Shown: positions 14,201-26,843 of the stretch, piece after piece
Position numbering within the stretch: the first letter of the stretch is position 1
Layout: every line of letters starts with the position of its first letter
Source of the DNA: Stylophora pistillata
Lineage: Eukaryota
Assembly: GCF_002571385.2 (NCBI RefSeq)
Contig: NW_019217895.1
Location: 235,821-299,820, forward strand
Length of the DNA: 64,000 nucleotides
Direction of reading: 5' to 3'
The notes under the pieces: generated by a model
Seen by the model: the letters and a program-made list of their open reading frames with translations, nothing else
What the model was told of the DNA's origin: nothing
Database searches by the model: none
Position numbers and translations under genes: made by a program

Positions 14201-15071
14201 AGAAGCGTCTCAATCAGTTTGCCAGCACCTCAAATAAGGTCAGCGGAGACTGTTTTTCGTCACAAACATTTTGGAGAAATTCAAAGAAAGAGTTGCTCAA
14301 AACGTACTGAGAAAAAAGTCATTTTTTTTATGAAAACCAACGTTTCTGGACTTTTGCAGGAGAAAAGGAAAAATAAGAATTTCATGATGATGCGTCACAA
14401 CAAAGATGTCAGAGGGAAAAACAAACGTTCATTTCGAGATAAGCAGGTTGGTCCTTTTAAGGAATTTTTATTTCTTTTACGGACACAGTCAGATTTTGCC
14501 AGTGCTTGTCAGTTCAATAAAACTCCATAAAATGACTCGCAAAATGTCGCTACCCCCTATCCCCTACCCCCTATCCCCTACCCCCATCCGCTACCCCTCC
14601 CCCCCTTCCCATCAAAGAAAGAAAAAAAAAAGAAGGAAGAATGTGTTCAAAAAAAGTAAGAAAAATTCCAGAGACGTTACAGTAAAGTTGTTGCTGTAGT
14701 TGTTTTTTGTTTTGTTTTTTGCTAAGAATTGTGTTTAAGAGAGGTTCCTTGAAAAACAAAATACACAAATGACGGGGCTGTATGAGACCAAGACTCTGAA
14801 AACTTGGAAATAAATGCGCTATAAAAAATTAAACTGAGAAGTTACTTCTGGTAAGCATTATAAACAATTTATTTTCAATTAAAATTTGCATGGGGTTTAA
14901 CTTTCCTACTGCTTCATTGTTTGTAGCCTCCGTCTCTATCCTCTGATCTCGGGAAGACCAAGAAAGAGAAAAAAACATTTCTGTTTAACTTGGTTGTTTC
15001 TCTCGGCCTATTCTTGTCTTTTTCAGTTTGCACTGAGACAAGCGCTTCTCAAGAACAAGAAAGCGAAATAG
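2287..15071 (+). CDS. SDAD1: SDA1 homolog (60S ribosome biogenesis factor), spliced; 5' exons lie outside the window and several middle exons are missing
   Basis: Exons are bounded by AG/GT: 2287-2385 ([33 protein letters not shown]), 2970-3025 ([18 protein letters not shown]), 5178-5336 ([14 protein letters not shown]...[21 protein letters not shown]), 5867-5947 ([15 protein letters not shown]...), 7027-7134 (poly-E...[11 protein letters not shown]), 7597-7712 ([12 protein letters not shown]...), 8312-8396 ([27 protein letters not shown]), 14155-14238, 14360-14446 ([29 protein letters not shown]), 15027-15071 ([14 protein letters not shown]). These match SDA1-family motifs I recognise. Confidence 0.95.
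3214..4439. repeat. Tandem repeat, about 11 identical 112-bp units with an internal 11-bp (TTTTATTAGTG) sub-repeat
   Basis: AGCACTCTGTCAGG recurs at 3221, 3333, 3445 and onward (period 112). The array ends at an N at 4440. Confidence 0.97.
4573..4634 (+). other. SDAD1: Out-of-order, truncated SDAD1 exon fragment
   Basis: After the acceptor tttcacag it reads (G)[20 protein letters not shown], matching the SDA1 'VMMSARTLIHLFRTLNP' segment that belongs far downstream. It runs straight into a GACT microsatellite. Confidence 0.8.
4632..5100. repeat. Degenerate (GACT)n microsatellite interrupted by a ~130-bp dispersed repeat (about 4720-4851)
   Basis: Runs of gactgactgact are directly visible on both sides of the insert. 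Confidence 0.9.
5430..5630 (+). mobile_element. ~200-bp dispersed non-autonomous repeat family; related copies near 1370-1560, 8435-8600 (reverse), 19600-19715, 26480-26690, 32910-33075 and 44040-44230
   Basis: Copies share the motifs tttctccttacaatatca...ggaaatgatcacc...ttgttaaacaaattctccttgtcagcacc...gagaacag. Confidence 0.75.
6275..6435. mobile_element. Palindromic MITE-like element; partial copy at about 437-515
   Basis: The arm tcttattaaccaagc...cgtactgggagaatatcggcc pairs with ggccgatattcttccagtacg...gcttggttaataaga. Confidence 0.8.
7950..8200 (-). mobile_element. Penelope-like element 3' remnant
   Basis: The minus strand translates to ...[23 protein letters not shown]..., the C-terminus typical of cnidarian Penelope GIY-YIG ORFs. 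A degenerate minimal-hammerhead-like terminal motif (...taacgctcgaaac) follows. Confidence 0.7.
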
Positions 15072-16680
15072 CGATGAATGGCATAATGCGTTGAGTGACA
15101 GCTCAGTTGGTGAAGCTGAACGCTTTGGTTCCCCAGCAGAGTATTCGCCAGTGAAGTGGCTAGATCTATGTAAAAAATGCCGTACTTGAGAGTACTTTCG
15201 TCAAGACTGCCAAGCGAGACAACAGTTTTAATTTGATTGACCTTAGAAGTGAAATGAAAACTGAAAGGGCACAAGAAAAAAAGAAAAAACTTTTTAATGT
15301 ATCTCAAAATAACGTTGAAGGAATAAATACGGAAGTGGTTTAACTCAAACGCGTTTTGTTGTGTATCTGGGTAAAGTTGAAACGTGCTTGGGTAGTTATT
15401 GGGTGAGCGGCAGGCAGCAATCGTACTCAGCTTAAGAGGGTACATCTGTACGCTGGACAAAAGAATCCAATGTTAATCATGTTAAGAGACGTGAAACTGT
15501 TTAGCATCATGTTACGCTTCCTCAACAAAATTGAGCTTGAGGATGGCACGTTTTAGGGAAGATATTTTTTTTTCCTTGTTTAAAATGTTTTTGTCTCTGT
15601 CTTTTTAAATTTATTTATTTATTGCTTTTAAAAGATTAACAATATTTATAGCGAGAGAAATCGGAGATAGAACCATTTCTTTGACTGATTTAATGTAGCA
15701 CGAATCAATGTCGTAAAGGTTTGATTTAAATCCCTTTTTCCGTCTGTTCGATAGAAAAAGGAAAATGCATTGAGCTGTTAAGCTTGACCAGTAGAAATTT
15801 TATCGTTTGCTTATGAATTAGATAATTAACACTCAGCTGTTCTATATTTTTCAAGGCTCCTAAATATAGCAGTTACCAACCTGAAATTAAACTGTCATAT
15901 TTCTATTTTGTGTGAAAGGGTTTTATTCTGTTATTTATAAAAGGACGATATTGGCTGATCCGTGTTCAAATATGTTATTGGACAGCTATGCTTTCTCACG
16001 CAATTTAGCGTGTATCTCGATTTCAAGTTAGTCTTGAGGGCGACTTGCTAGGCAAAGGTCAAAATCATTTCGCAAAAAATGTTCTGCGAATGGAAGAGTC
16101 GGAAATGAAATGTACACCGAGAATTTTTTTCCCTGATTCTCGTGTACAGAACGTTACAGTACACAACTAAGCGCGGGACATTTGTAAATTAATATTTCTG
16201 AGAAAGTGTTCGCATACTTTACGGCATTTCTCGGAAGATCTTCGTGACCCGATCCTTAGGCGTGCCGTCATCGGCACGCAAATCTCGTGAAACCCAATTC
16301 CAAATTTGGAACGCTGACGAAATCGCGAGGGAGGTGTCAACCAAATAAGGGAGGCCGACAACAATGGGGCTTGATGTTTCCAGGACGACGGCCTCCTGGG
16401 TCTTAAAAATACGGTGCAATGACTTCAATCCCTATTATTACATGACAATAGTCGTTGGGTCATCTCGGAACTGGGGAAACGGTACACGAAATGGATTCTT
16501 CACAAAGATCCTGACAAACGGCGGTTGTGCTTATATTCCAGCAGAGTTTCGTTCAGTCTTAGACGGTAGTTCTTGTTAAAGCATTGATCACGGCGGATTG
16601 GCGTCGCTAGCAGAAAGACCGCGGTCTGCACTACGCTGCTCTGATTTACGAATTTCAATATAAGAAATTGGTCCGAGACA

Positions 16681-19600
16681 ATGAGCGATCCTGTTGCTAT
16701 TCGGTAAGCTTTAGCACCATTCCTATTTTTGTTTTTGTGCGGTTGTTCTTAGCCTTTTACAGAAATAATCTTTTGATTCAGCTGTGGTAATTGGCTAGGT
16801 TCCATGTTTGTTCCTTTTCCTAGAGTTCTCATCGACGATGGCACGCCGCGAATGTCGTTTCCTTTCCGAATTCATCTTTCCTTGACGGTCTTTCGACTGA
16901 AACAAATGATAGAGGCGCAAGAGGGCTTTACTGTTGGAGAACAAGATGTTTTCTTTCACGGAAATCCGGTTAGTAGCTTATTTTCTGTTGTATGCTAGAA
17001 ACTGCACGCCGGAATGGAATTTTTTCATGTCCGCGCGCGATCGCGGACAATGCAGCTACTCGCGCATGAGAGTCACGCTGTAGTGGTGTGTGAGTCCGAA
17101 GTTTCAGCTGGTTGCTACACGTTTAATTCTTTGTCTCGTTTCCTGGCTTAAACTTTCTTTCCAATAGCTTTCAGTGAATCAGCTGCACAGCAATAAACGA
17201 TGCGAGCTGTGTTCGAGTTTCCTTTGAAATATATTTCGAAATGCACTCCCACATACTTAAATTCATTAAACGAAAAGGATCGAAACTGTTCATCGAGGCG
17301 AGGTTTGTGCTAATTAGAAGTCTCTCGTGCATAAGCTTGGCCAAGATCTGCTTAAGTAAGTGTATATTGAAATGATTCATGCACACATATGTTTGGCGAT
17401 ATTAACAAGGTAATCTTATATTTCAAACGTGACGCGTTGACTATCCGCGGCATAAATGAGCCTTGTTAGTATTGTGTGATGACCTCCCAGGGATATGACT
17501 CTTAGATCAATACTTTTTTTTTAACCCTTCAGCTTCAAGACAATCTCACACTAGGACAGCAAGGAATTATGGAGGATACCCAACTTGATATTCGAGTTAA
17601 TTTTCAAGGTAATGTATCAATCTTCAGTATTCGAGAACTTTCGAGTGTGCTGGTTTTGTTCTCTGTCATGACATGAATGTACTTGTGTCATGAATAATGC
17701 GTGGTTTCCCTGGATTAGTAAATCGGGTTAATGCCACGGAGATCATGGATCTTTTCTTTCCGCTGTTGTCGCTTGTGAATGTTATTTAAAAGCATTGTCT
17801 TCAAAGAGAATGTTCGGTAATTATATCTCTCAGTGTTAATGTAATTTGCGTAGGTTTTGGCTATCACGCCGGGTAAATTTATTTCATAGTTCTTTCAAAG
17901 AACTTTTTGTTCCAGTCTGAGGTAAACTTTATTCCCGGACGCCCACAAGAATGCTTGTTATTTGCGGTTTCTTTCAATTCATTTTGCTTGGGAAACAGGG
18001 TTGTAGAATAAGCAAATCGATCGAACGAACGCAAAAAACTTTTGCCATAATAAATCACCACCTATTAAAGAAACGATGATGAGAAAAGAGTTGTATTTTT
18101 TTTTTTTTTGACAAATTTAATTGTCTACTCGATAAATTTTTGATCGGCTAAGTTTATTTGTAGGGTTAAGTTTTGTCTGCTATTGTAGACAGATTATTTT
18201 TCTGTATTATCTGTAGAATTACAGTATAGGCCTTAGAAATATCTTGTCAAGATAATTGTTCTAGCAACACCGAAACCCAAACTGGAAGATTTTCAGATGT
18301 CGTTTCCCACAGGTAATAGTGTTGTGTGGGCAGCGATCTAATCTTACGTGGAAACTTTTCATTTTTAATTTTCTTTTGTTTGCTCCTAACTCAATAATTA
18401 GTGAAGTGTGATTTTTTATTTTTCCTCAAGAAAAAAATTGGAGTGAAAACCAGTACCTGTTTTCAGTTGTAATTAATTCTGATCTTTTTATGGTTAATTG
18501 CTACTGCGAGGAAAAACAATTTTTGTTACTGTTCAGGTCTGAGTAAGGTATTTCTTATTTTAATAAGAAGTACCAGAACTTTATTGTTCTTACACCAGGG
18601 AAACAAACACTATCAATTCCACAGCTTAAAACACAGGTTAACCAAGTTGAAATGTTTCCTGTGCAACTCTTGAGCAACTAAAAGTTTGAATTGAAGTCTT
18701 GCACCTTTATTTATCATTTTTTGTCAAGAAATTTAATTTTAATTTTTCAGCAGTGAGTGGGAGTGCTCCCAAAATCCCTACATGTAAATACACCCACCTT
18801 AATAAAACAAAGCATTTGTTGAAAAAGAAAAAAGTAGTTATATGTTGTGATGCTTTTGTGCCTTAAATTTTCTGAGTCAGTTGTTTCAAGTCTGCAAAGA
18901 AGTGATGTGAATTATGCTGTGTACAATGTGCAGTGACCTAGGTTAACACCAGAATGTACTATTTTTTTTGGAGGGAAGTGAGTGTGCCTTAAAGATATCA
19001 TTTTGAAAAGTTTGCAGTGGCTTCCATTATTGATCAGTGTTGCCAATGGCAATCACAGAATATTTTTGACACAATCAATCTTAAGAACTCAGTATTGTAC
19101 CTCATTCTGATATGCATTATTTCTTAAGCAAATGTGGGGGTGTACGTAAATCATTGCTTTTAAAACAATATCACCCTAAGTGAAAAACCTACGTCTTTCC
19201 TCTATTCCAATATTTTCTCAACTCTTCTGTTTCTTTAAATAAGAACTGACGCAAATTTGTGCAGTTTTCTCAGCCAATATTGCTTAATATGCAAAGAACA
19301 GTTCATAAATAGAGTCTTCCACATAACTTGGAAATGTTGCAATAAACTATTGCAACAGAAATGAATTCCTTCAAGTGGTAGATTTTATCACTAGTTTTTT
19401 GAGTTTAAGGCATGCTTAGCCAATTAGCGTAAGCATACACCTTAATTATCGATTAAATGTTATTGGCCCAGAGGAAAGTGTATGTTAGAATATTCCACCG
19501 CATCTAGAATCATAAGCACATGGAAAGGGAGTGGTACACATATTTAGGGGGCTTCTGTCCCCCTACACTTCTCCTTCTCAAAATGATACACATTTCCTTC

Positions 19601-21226
19601 GGTGTACTGACTAGGAGAATTCATCTCGCAGTTGAAGCTTCTTGGGTTGGCAGTCATTTCATTTATTCCATAATCTTAATGAATGCTTCAGCAGTATTTC
19701 TGTAAAGAGAAATTGCTACTTTAGGTGCTGGCTATTCCTAGGGTTTAAATGGTTAAAGCAATATTGTCAACTCAGTTAGTGTTCCTTTCTGATTGCACAA
19801 TGTCTTTTTCCCCAGACATTCCGTCTCCAACAAGAAAGAAGGGAAGCACATCAACATCTGAAGATTGTGTTGTACCAGATATTGATGATGAAGATAATGT
19901 GTTTAACTTTGAACAGCCAAGAGTGCCAGCTGGTGAGGAAGTAGATTAAAAACATGCTTTTTATTTTTGAATTATTCCACCACCATTACAAAACAATGAA
20001 ATGTAGTGCACTATGTTGAAAAAGCATAAATGGATCTTTTCATTGTTGCAAAATGCAGAAGAAATGTTTATTGTCACACATGTTTAGAAATCATTTAGTA
20101 TATAAGAATGATCCTTCGCAGTAAAGCACTATTTAAGCAATAGTGGAAATCAGACCTGAAAAAAATTTCAGGCCTGTACGGGATTCGAACCACTGACCTC
20201 TGCGATACTAGTGCCTGCTCCCAGTTGGCTTGTTAGCTCAATTGGTAGAGCGCTGCACTAGTATCGCAGAGGTCAGTGGTTCGAATCCCGTACAGGCCTG
20301 AAATTTTTTTCAGGTCTGATTTCCACTATTGCTTAAATAGTGCTTTACTGCGAAGGATCGTTCTTATATACGTCTCATAACCGCAGTTCACTCATATGTT
20401 TCATATGTTTGTTGTTGTTAAATCATTTAGTGTTGCATAATAATATTGCATGCAAAAGTTGTGTGATATTATTTAAAAATGGTAACATTGATAGCAATTT
20501 GTGAACTAAAACCTCGTTGTAAACTGTAGTTATTGATATATTTTTCCTGATCTCTTTATTCTTGTTGTTATCTGATTGCAAGTTATAAGTCTAAGAAAAT
20601 GAATGATTTGAATTTAGTTAAGGTTCAGTTTGCAGTATCACAGTGTAGGCCAGAGCCTCTTTATATCACATACTTATTCAGCTTGGTATCAAGGGGAGGT
20701 GTTTCAGTAGTATAAGTACAAAAAGAGGTGGCTTTGAAAACATTTTTTAGGGGGAAATGTTCAGAAGCAATTCAACCAGGGTTAACATTTTTCTATACAG
20801 GTAGTTACTGTACATGCACACTGGTTTATAAGCAAAATGTTTGGAAAAAGAGTAAGCTCAGTTCTGTCTCAAGTTGTAACATCTCTTTTCTTGACAAAAA
20901 GGCAGACTGTTTTTCTTGAGACCAGACATTAAAGAGTCTTATTATTTGATTTAGATCCAAGAATGTGGAACAAATGGGAAGTGATGGAGTGGCTGAAATG
21001 GGCAACAGAGAGATACAGCATACGGGATGTAACAGCTGACAAATTCTTGATGAATGGGAAAGGCTTGTGTATGCTTGGTGTGGATGGTTTCCTCTACAGA
21101 GTTCCCCGAGGGGGTGATGTTCTTCACAGTGATTTTAACAAACGTGTGACGGCAGCAGTGGAACAGTCGCGCCATATGCAGAGCTATCTTAATCCTGGTG
21201 CATCGAACTTCTACTACGTGTATTGA
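16681..21226 (+). CDS. Ubiquitin-like (beta-grasp) + SAM/Pointed domain protein lacking an ETS domain, about 210 aa, 5 exons
   Basis: Exons 16681-16703, 16824-16968, 17533-17608, 19816-19932 and 20955-21226 are all GT-AG and phase-consistent (633 nt). The N-terminus ...LTVFRLKQMIEAQEGFTVGEQDVFFHGNPLQDNLTLGQQGIMEDTQLDIRV follows the UBL pattern. The C-terminus VPADPRMWNKWEVMEWLKW...FLMNGKGLCML...FLYRVPRGGDVLH is the PNT signature. A stop follows shortly after the PNT domain. Confidence 0.9.
20099..20419 (+). mobile_element. tRNA-derived SINE with a 5' inverted duplication, flanked by a 12-bp TSD
   Basis: tRNA-like head at 20227-20298 (A box TAGCTCAATTGG, B box GGTTCGAATCC). Inverted arms of ~116 bp at 20099-20214 and 20255-20370. 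AAATCATTTAGT occurs at 20088-20099 and 20420-20431. Confidence 0.85.
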
Positions 21227-24200
21227 AGAGACAAGATAATTTATTTGAAAAAGTACAGACTATTGAAAAGAGTATGATATAATGCAGGCAACCACAAGTC
21301 AGGGCTGCAGCTTATAAAGAATGTACACTAATTATTTAAAAAAAATTGCTATTTGTATATATTGTGCATTTGGAATGGGTTTGCCTTAATGCGCTCAAAT
21401 TCACAGTTCATGTAGTTATAATGGTCAAGATTTGGTTACAGCTTTTGAATATCATTGTATTTTATGAAGACCAATTTCTGAAAATGGGCTGGGGTTAATT
21501 TATTTAACAAAAAGATTTTTTAAGATCTGTTTTTACTCTGGGGCCTAACTCTGCTCATTATGAATGACAATGTGAATTCACTTGTCGACAAGACAAGCTG
21601 ATGTGAAAAATATTATGTTGTTAGAAAGATGCATCTTTTCTCTTTTCGTGTAACCTTTTATACAGGTAAAACTTTGCATCATTGCTTTAATTGTAAGATC
21701 TGTGTGTTTATTCTGTTTAGTTTTCTTGTAAGGATAACTTTTGGAAGCCATAGATCATAAGAGTCAGACGTAATAGTAATGTTGAAGGAATGCTTTGAAC
21801 CTTGGGAGTGATCAACAGTATTCTCCTTGTTAAAGTGGTAACTGGGAAAATTTACAACCTTTAACCTCTCCTTAGGAATTCTTGAAAATTCAACAGGTTA
21901 ATGACTGCTCTATCCATTTGAAAACTTACTTAACCTGTCGTGCTTGAAATCTGAGAGAATGATGTATCAGAGTCAAATTTTTATGATTATTTTAGTCACT
22001 ATCAGCTAGTGTATTGGTAACAGTAGATCCTTAGTTCAATCCAGTAATGCATGAGAGTGAATATGTTTAGAGTTTAGAAAAGGTAGAGCTGTGTTCTGTG
22101 GCTAGCCACTTACTAGAGTTTTGTGTATGCAAACGTGAATCCAGTGTAAGTTACTGACAGATAACTAGACCCATTATTCTTAACCATGGCGTTCTGGAGA
22201 TCTCTTTGAGGATTAAGACCATCCAGAAATTTCTCCATCTTTACCAGAGCTTGAGAAGGGTAGATAAAAAACTGTAGTAAAGATGGAAAAGTTTACAGTT
22301 CAAGCACCAGCGTAGTTCACTTTTATTACTTCTTTCAGTATTATTATAGTTCCAAAGCTTTTAGTGGTAACATAGCCTTACTAAATTTTTGTTCTCACTC
22401 GCTTCTTGCAAAGTATGGTACAAGCTGATGTACTTGTGTAGTAAAAGTAATATTCTGCTTGGAAGAAACAATGTGTATATGAATTGAAGCTAAAAGATCT
22501 GCTGTAAATTTTAGCATTAAATTTTAAGTGAATTATAATCTCGAAAAATATGGAAAGCCCAAACAATTGAAAGAGCTAAGTAATTATAGAAGAAGAAAAT
22601 GAAAAGTCATTGCATTTCCAAAATTTATCTTCAAAGTTGCACCCTTGCACTTCACAGCAAAGAAGTATTCTTTAATCTTCAAACTGTTTTCTTTAAAAAA
22701 AGAAAGACTAGTTTATATGTGCAGTTGTTAAACAACGGACATTTTATCTACGTGACATTCAAAGCATGGTAAATTGCTGGGCCAGATTGTATTTCAATGA
22801 AACAGATAATAAATTTTTTATTGGTTCTTCTTGATAATTGACTTGTCTTAAAAAAATTTCCAATTACTTGGAAGTCACGACAAGTTCATACACCTTAATC
22901 CCTAGATGCCACCCCATCCTCCCTGCCCTAAGAACGAAGGGTAGACTTCCGGAAACAAGTTGATCATTCTTTAAAGTGTTCGACAGGCTTTTCCTTTCTT
23001 TTCCAACGTGGCGCTCAGCTTGTGAGGAACTTTCGTTAACTCTATACAACGCACTTCACGTGAAATTACAATTTGCATAATCGATCTGATTTAATGACGA
23101 ATTTTCGACTGTCGTCTTATGCTACATTCAAACGTTTCTGCTTCAATTTATAGTCGTTCTTCCTTCTAAGTAAATATCAAACAGATAAACGTCCTACAAT
23201 CGAACAATATACGCTTCACAGGGAAATAAGTTGAAAATCACCACGGGATATCTGTAGCAGCATGTGCTATCGAACAGAAAAGCTCGGCGGCTGGTTCAGC
23301 AAGCAGGTATTTGAAAATAAAATAGTACACATGTAGACTCTTAAAATATGATTCTCTAGTATCAGAAATGTTGTATTTCTTTACACGATTATTTACATGG
23401 CTTTGAAGGTGGCTGGCGAAAATTTATCATCTAAAAATCGCATTAGACGGTGAGGAACATTCTTTAGAATCTATTATTTCCTACACATACATATATATAC
23501 ATACACATACATTAAACAAAAGACTTCCCACGTAAGTTCAGTGGTTGCAAGAAACAAAATAAAGTGGATTAGATTATTGATTCGTAGAACTAAGGTGCGT
23601 TTGAGTAAACTTTGCCGAAAGCTATTTTATTGAAGCATTTATATTATATAGATCCTTTAAAAAAAATTCTGGGAAAATGGATAGCGTTTGTGAATGTCTA
23701 AAGAGCCGTAAATTTGGACACATCTATTTCGGTTTTGGTACAAATAAAGTTAAAACCAGTGCATGATTCAAGAATATCTGCTGTGAACTGTTCGTAGGAA
23801 GTGATTCTCTCCCTTGTGTGTCACTTAGCTAAATACTCTGAGCGAGATTAATATGAAGTAAAAATATATTATTGCGATGTGGTTAATTTTTCATCTCAAG
23901 TGGCGTTTAACTCATCTCACTAAAATACCCTGTTTGAATTAGTGGTGGAGTTACCACTTCTGCGTACCGCGCTGAATGCATTGTGGGTTTCGAAACTGTT
24001 AAGATTTTCTAGTGGAGATATCAATTTAGGCTTTCAATGTTTGAATGAATAAAGTATCTCAGGATAGAGAGGATTTCCAGACTTGGCTTTAGATTCGCAA
24101 ATTTGAGCATTTTCGGGCAAAATGTTGCAAGTTTGGGCATCGACGAAGATTGGGAAGCCAAAAATAAATAGTAAGTGAATAAATAAGTAATTTTCATTAC

Positions 24201-24463
24201 TTATTCTGGACTAATTTTTAATTTTTGCAATTGGTTTTTACAACGTCGCTGGGACAGTGTTTTATATAAGTAAATAAATAAAAATGGTTGGTGATTTGGC
24301 AACGGACATTCCACGAGGTGACTCTTCTTGTCCACTGTTACCAGGTCGGATTGGAATTCAGAACGTTGGTTTTTGTAGGGGAAGGAAAACTGGACTGAGC
24401 TGGGGGGAAACCCTCGGAGCAAATAGGAAAACCAACAACAAACTCAACTCATATGTGACGTCA

Positions 24464-24720
24464 CCGCCGCCCAGTTAGCCCAATGGATAGTGCGCTGGAC
24501 TGTTGTGCGGGAGGTCGAGGGTTCGAGCCCCGGCCGGACCAACACTCAAGGGCTTAAAATAATTTAGAAGAATTTGCTACCTTTCCATAACATCAAGAAA
24601 TAGTTAGATATTCTAGTCTTCTCGGATAGGGACGAATAAATGGAGGTCCCATCTCTTGCAGGGTTGGGGTAGGAGACGTGAATTTTCCCACACACGAGAT
24701 TACTGTGTGATGGATGTCCT
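24464..24720 (+). mobile_element. tRNA-derived SINE (degenerate)
   Basis: A box-like TAGCCCAATGG and B box GGTTCGAGCCC, followed by a SINE body ccggaccaacactcaagggcttaaaataa. The acceptor stem is not intact. Confidence 0.7.
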
Positions 24721-25407
24721 CCCCTGGGTGGGATGGGTGAGAAGGTGAGATCGATNNNNNNNNNNNNCTTTTGACTAATCACGATTAGCGCGTAGTTAAT
24801 TTCCTAGGAAAAGATTGTCCAAAGATAAACCGTTCTGTGAAAATGCCGTGACATAGGCTCGGATGGGAGTTGAACACTCCAACTGATAATGGGCTCCTGC
24901 CGTAGGTCAAAATTTCAATACTTAGGGGGAGATTGCGGGACTTTGACAACTGACCGCTTAATGCAGGTTCGACTGTGTTGTTGTTTCTCTCACGATGTAG
25001 TCACTTCCGTATATCGCAGCGCGTTTTGACTGAACAATGGTATGAATGCTTTAGTAAGTAAATTTTTGAATTTCATGGACATCTCGTTTAATCCCGCATC
25101 AAAATGTCAAAACTATTGGAACAAATTCGTGATAAGGACCTGCACATGCTGGTCTGAAGAACAAGAAATTCTGTAGGAAGCCTTCGTGCACGAAAAGAGA
25201 GTAAACGCGTACTTTAAAGAAACTCTGTTAACAACGCATTGAAAACGATACTGTAGATTACCTACCTGGGTAAAATTTTGCTTAGCAAGGGGCCTTTAAA
25301 CCTTTGAAGCATACATCACCCCAAACAATTTTATATATGTATATATTTTTTCACCTTCGGCATGACCAGCATATGCGAGATTTTTTTTTTCAGCAGACAA
25401 CTGGTTG

Positions 25408-25855
25408 AAGAACCTCCCACCGAGTCGTTTGGTTTCTGCACAGTTTCTATTGAAGTTTTCTTCCAGGCAGAATTTTTTTCTGCTCTGTGAAATCGGCCCC
25501 CCGGTTGCATTGCAATGTAAACCATTTACAACGATTTCTTTAGAAGGATATCAAAGTTACACGATGCACATACAAAGGATTTATAATCCATTAGTGTTAC
25601 TTCTTACTGTTACAACAGTAGCCACCAGTGGTCGAAGAATCTCCCACCAAGTCGTTTGGTTCCTGCATAATTTCTATTAAAGTTTTTTTCCGGGCAGAAT
25701 TTTTTTCAGCTCTGTGAGTCGGCCACCCGGTTGCATAGTAATGTAAACCATTTACAACGACTTCTTTTGAAGGAAATTTAAGTTACAAGATGCACCCATA
25801 AAGGATTTATAATCCATTAGTTTCACTACTTACTGTTAGAACAGTGGCCACCAGC
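25408..25855. repeat. Two-copy tandem duplication, period about 226 bp
   Basis: gaagaacctcccaccgagtcgtttgg at 25408 and gaagaatctcccaccaagtcgtttgg at 25634; the copies stay colinear afterwards. Confidence 0.9.
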
Positions 25856-26843
25856 TGCAAGGGACCCACCAGCACTGCTATTTTCACTGGTAATTTAAAA
25901 TTTTTTGTATGGCTGATTTATTTCTTAGACAACATGGGAACGTCAATCGTAGAATGGCGGGAAATCCGGCAATGTGACCGATCGTGTGAAAAGAAAATAA
26001 CACGATCGCGTAATCATTGTGTTTAGGGGCAGTATCCCCTCTACTGTAAAATAACAATTTTATAGGAATAGAACGCACTTTTTGGTCTTATAATCATTTT
26101 CTCTCCATTTTCTTCTTTCACCTCTCCGGTAGCAAGCTGAATTTGATCCCGGCAAAATCGTTTTTAAGGGACGTCGGAACAGCCTTAAGCCACATTTTTA
26201 TTCCAGCAACTTGCAATTTTTGTCCCATGATCAACCCCAAATCCTCTGCAGATAACTCAGTATCCGATTAGGGGCAACTTATTCTAATACTAATATCTAA
26301 AAAACGAAAACGTAACTTCTGCACCTTCGAGTCCTCGGGCTTTCTTTCTGCTGAAAGAGCAATGAATGGCATTTTTGTAAACGACGAAAAATATACAAGA
26401 GTTTTGCAGTAGTGTTCGCGGATCACTGAATTATACTTCCATGTCGTAGACCTTTCCTTATGTTTCGTGCTTATCTTAACCATTTGCACCCAAACATCAG
26501 TATACAGATTCTCTAGACTGTTCTCTATGCATTCTCTATGTTACTAACGAGGAGAATTTTGTTTAACAATAAAGAGCTATCGAAGTTTACGATCATTTCT
26601 TTTATTCTTGTGAACCTAATGCCTGATTCAGCCGTGGTGACATGTTGTAAAGAGAAGTTAGAGGCTGGTCGCACTCCTAAGGATTAAGGGTTTACCCGCT
26701 ATCGAATCAGATATATAGAGTGTAGGAAACTTCGTTTGAAAATATCTGGTCTTCTTGGACAGTTTGGTGTTTTTTTATAACTTAAATATGCTTTCTATTT
26801 GCTAACTTACAGTAGTCTGAACACAAAAACTTACTCGATAGCT

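Noticed and set aside
20227-20298. Functional tRNA gene (Thr-like)
   Set aside because: The stems are imperfect, and it continues into a SINE body inside a TSD-flanked insertion.
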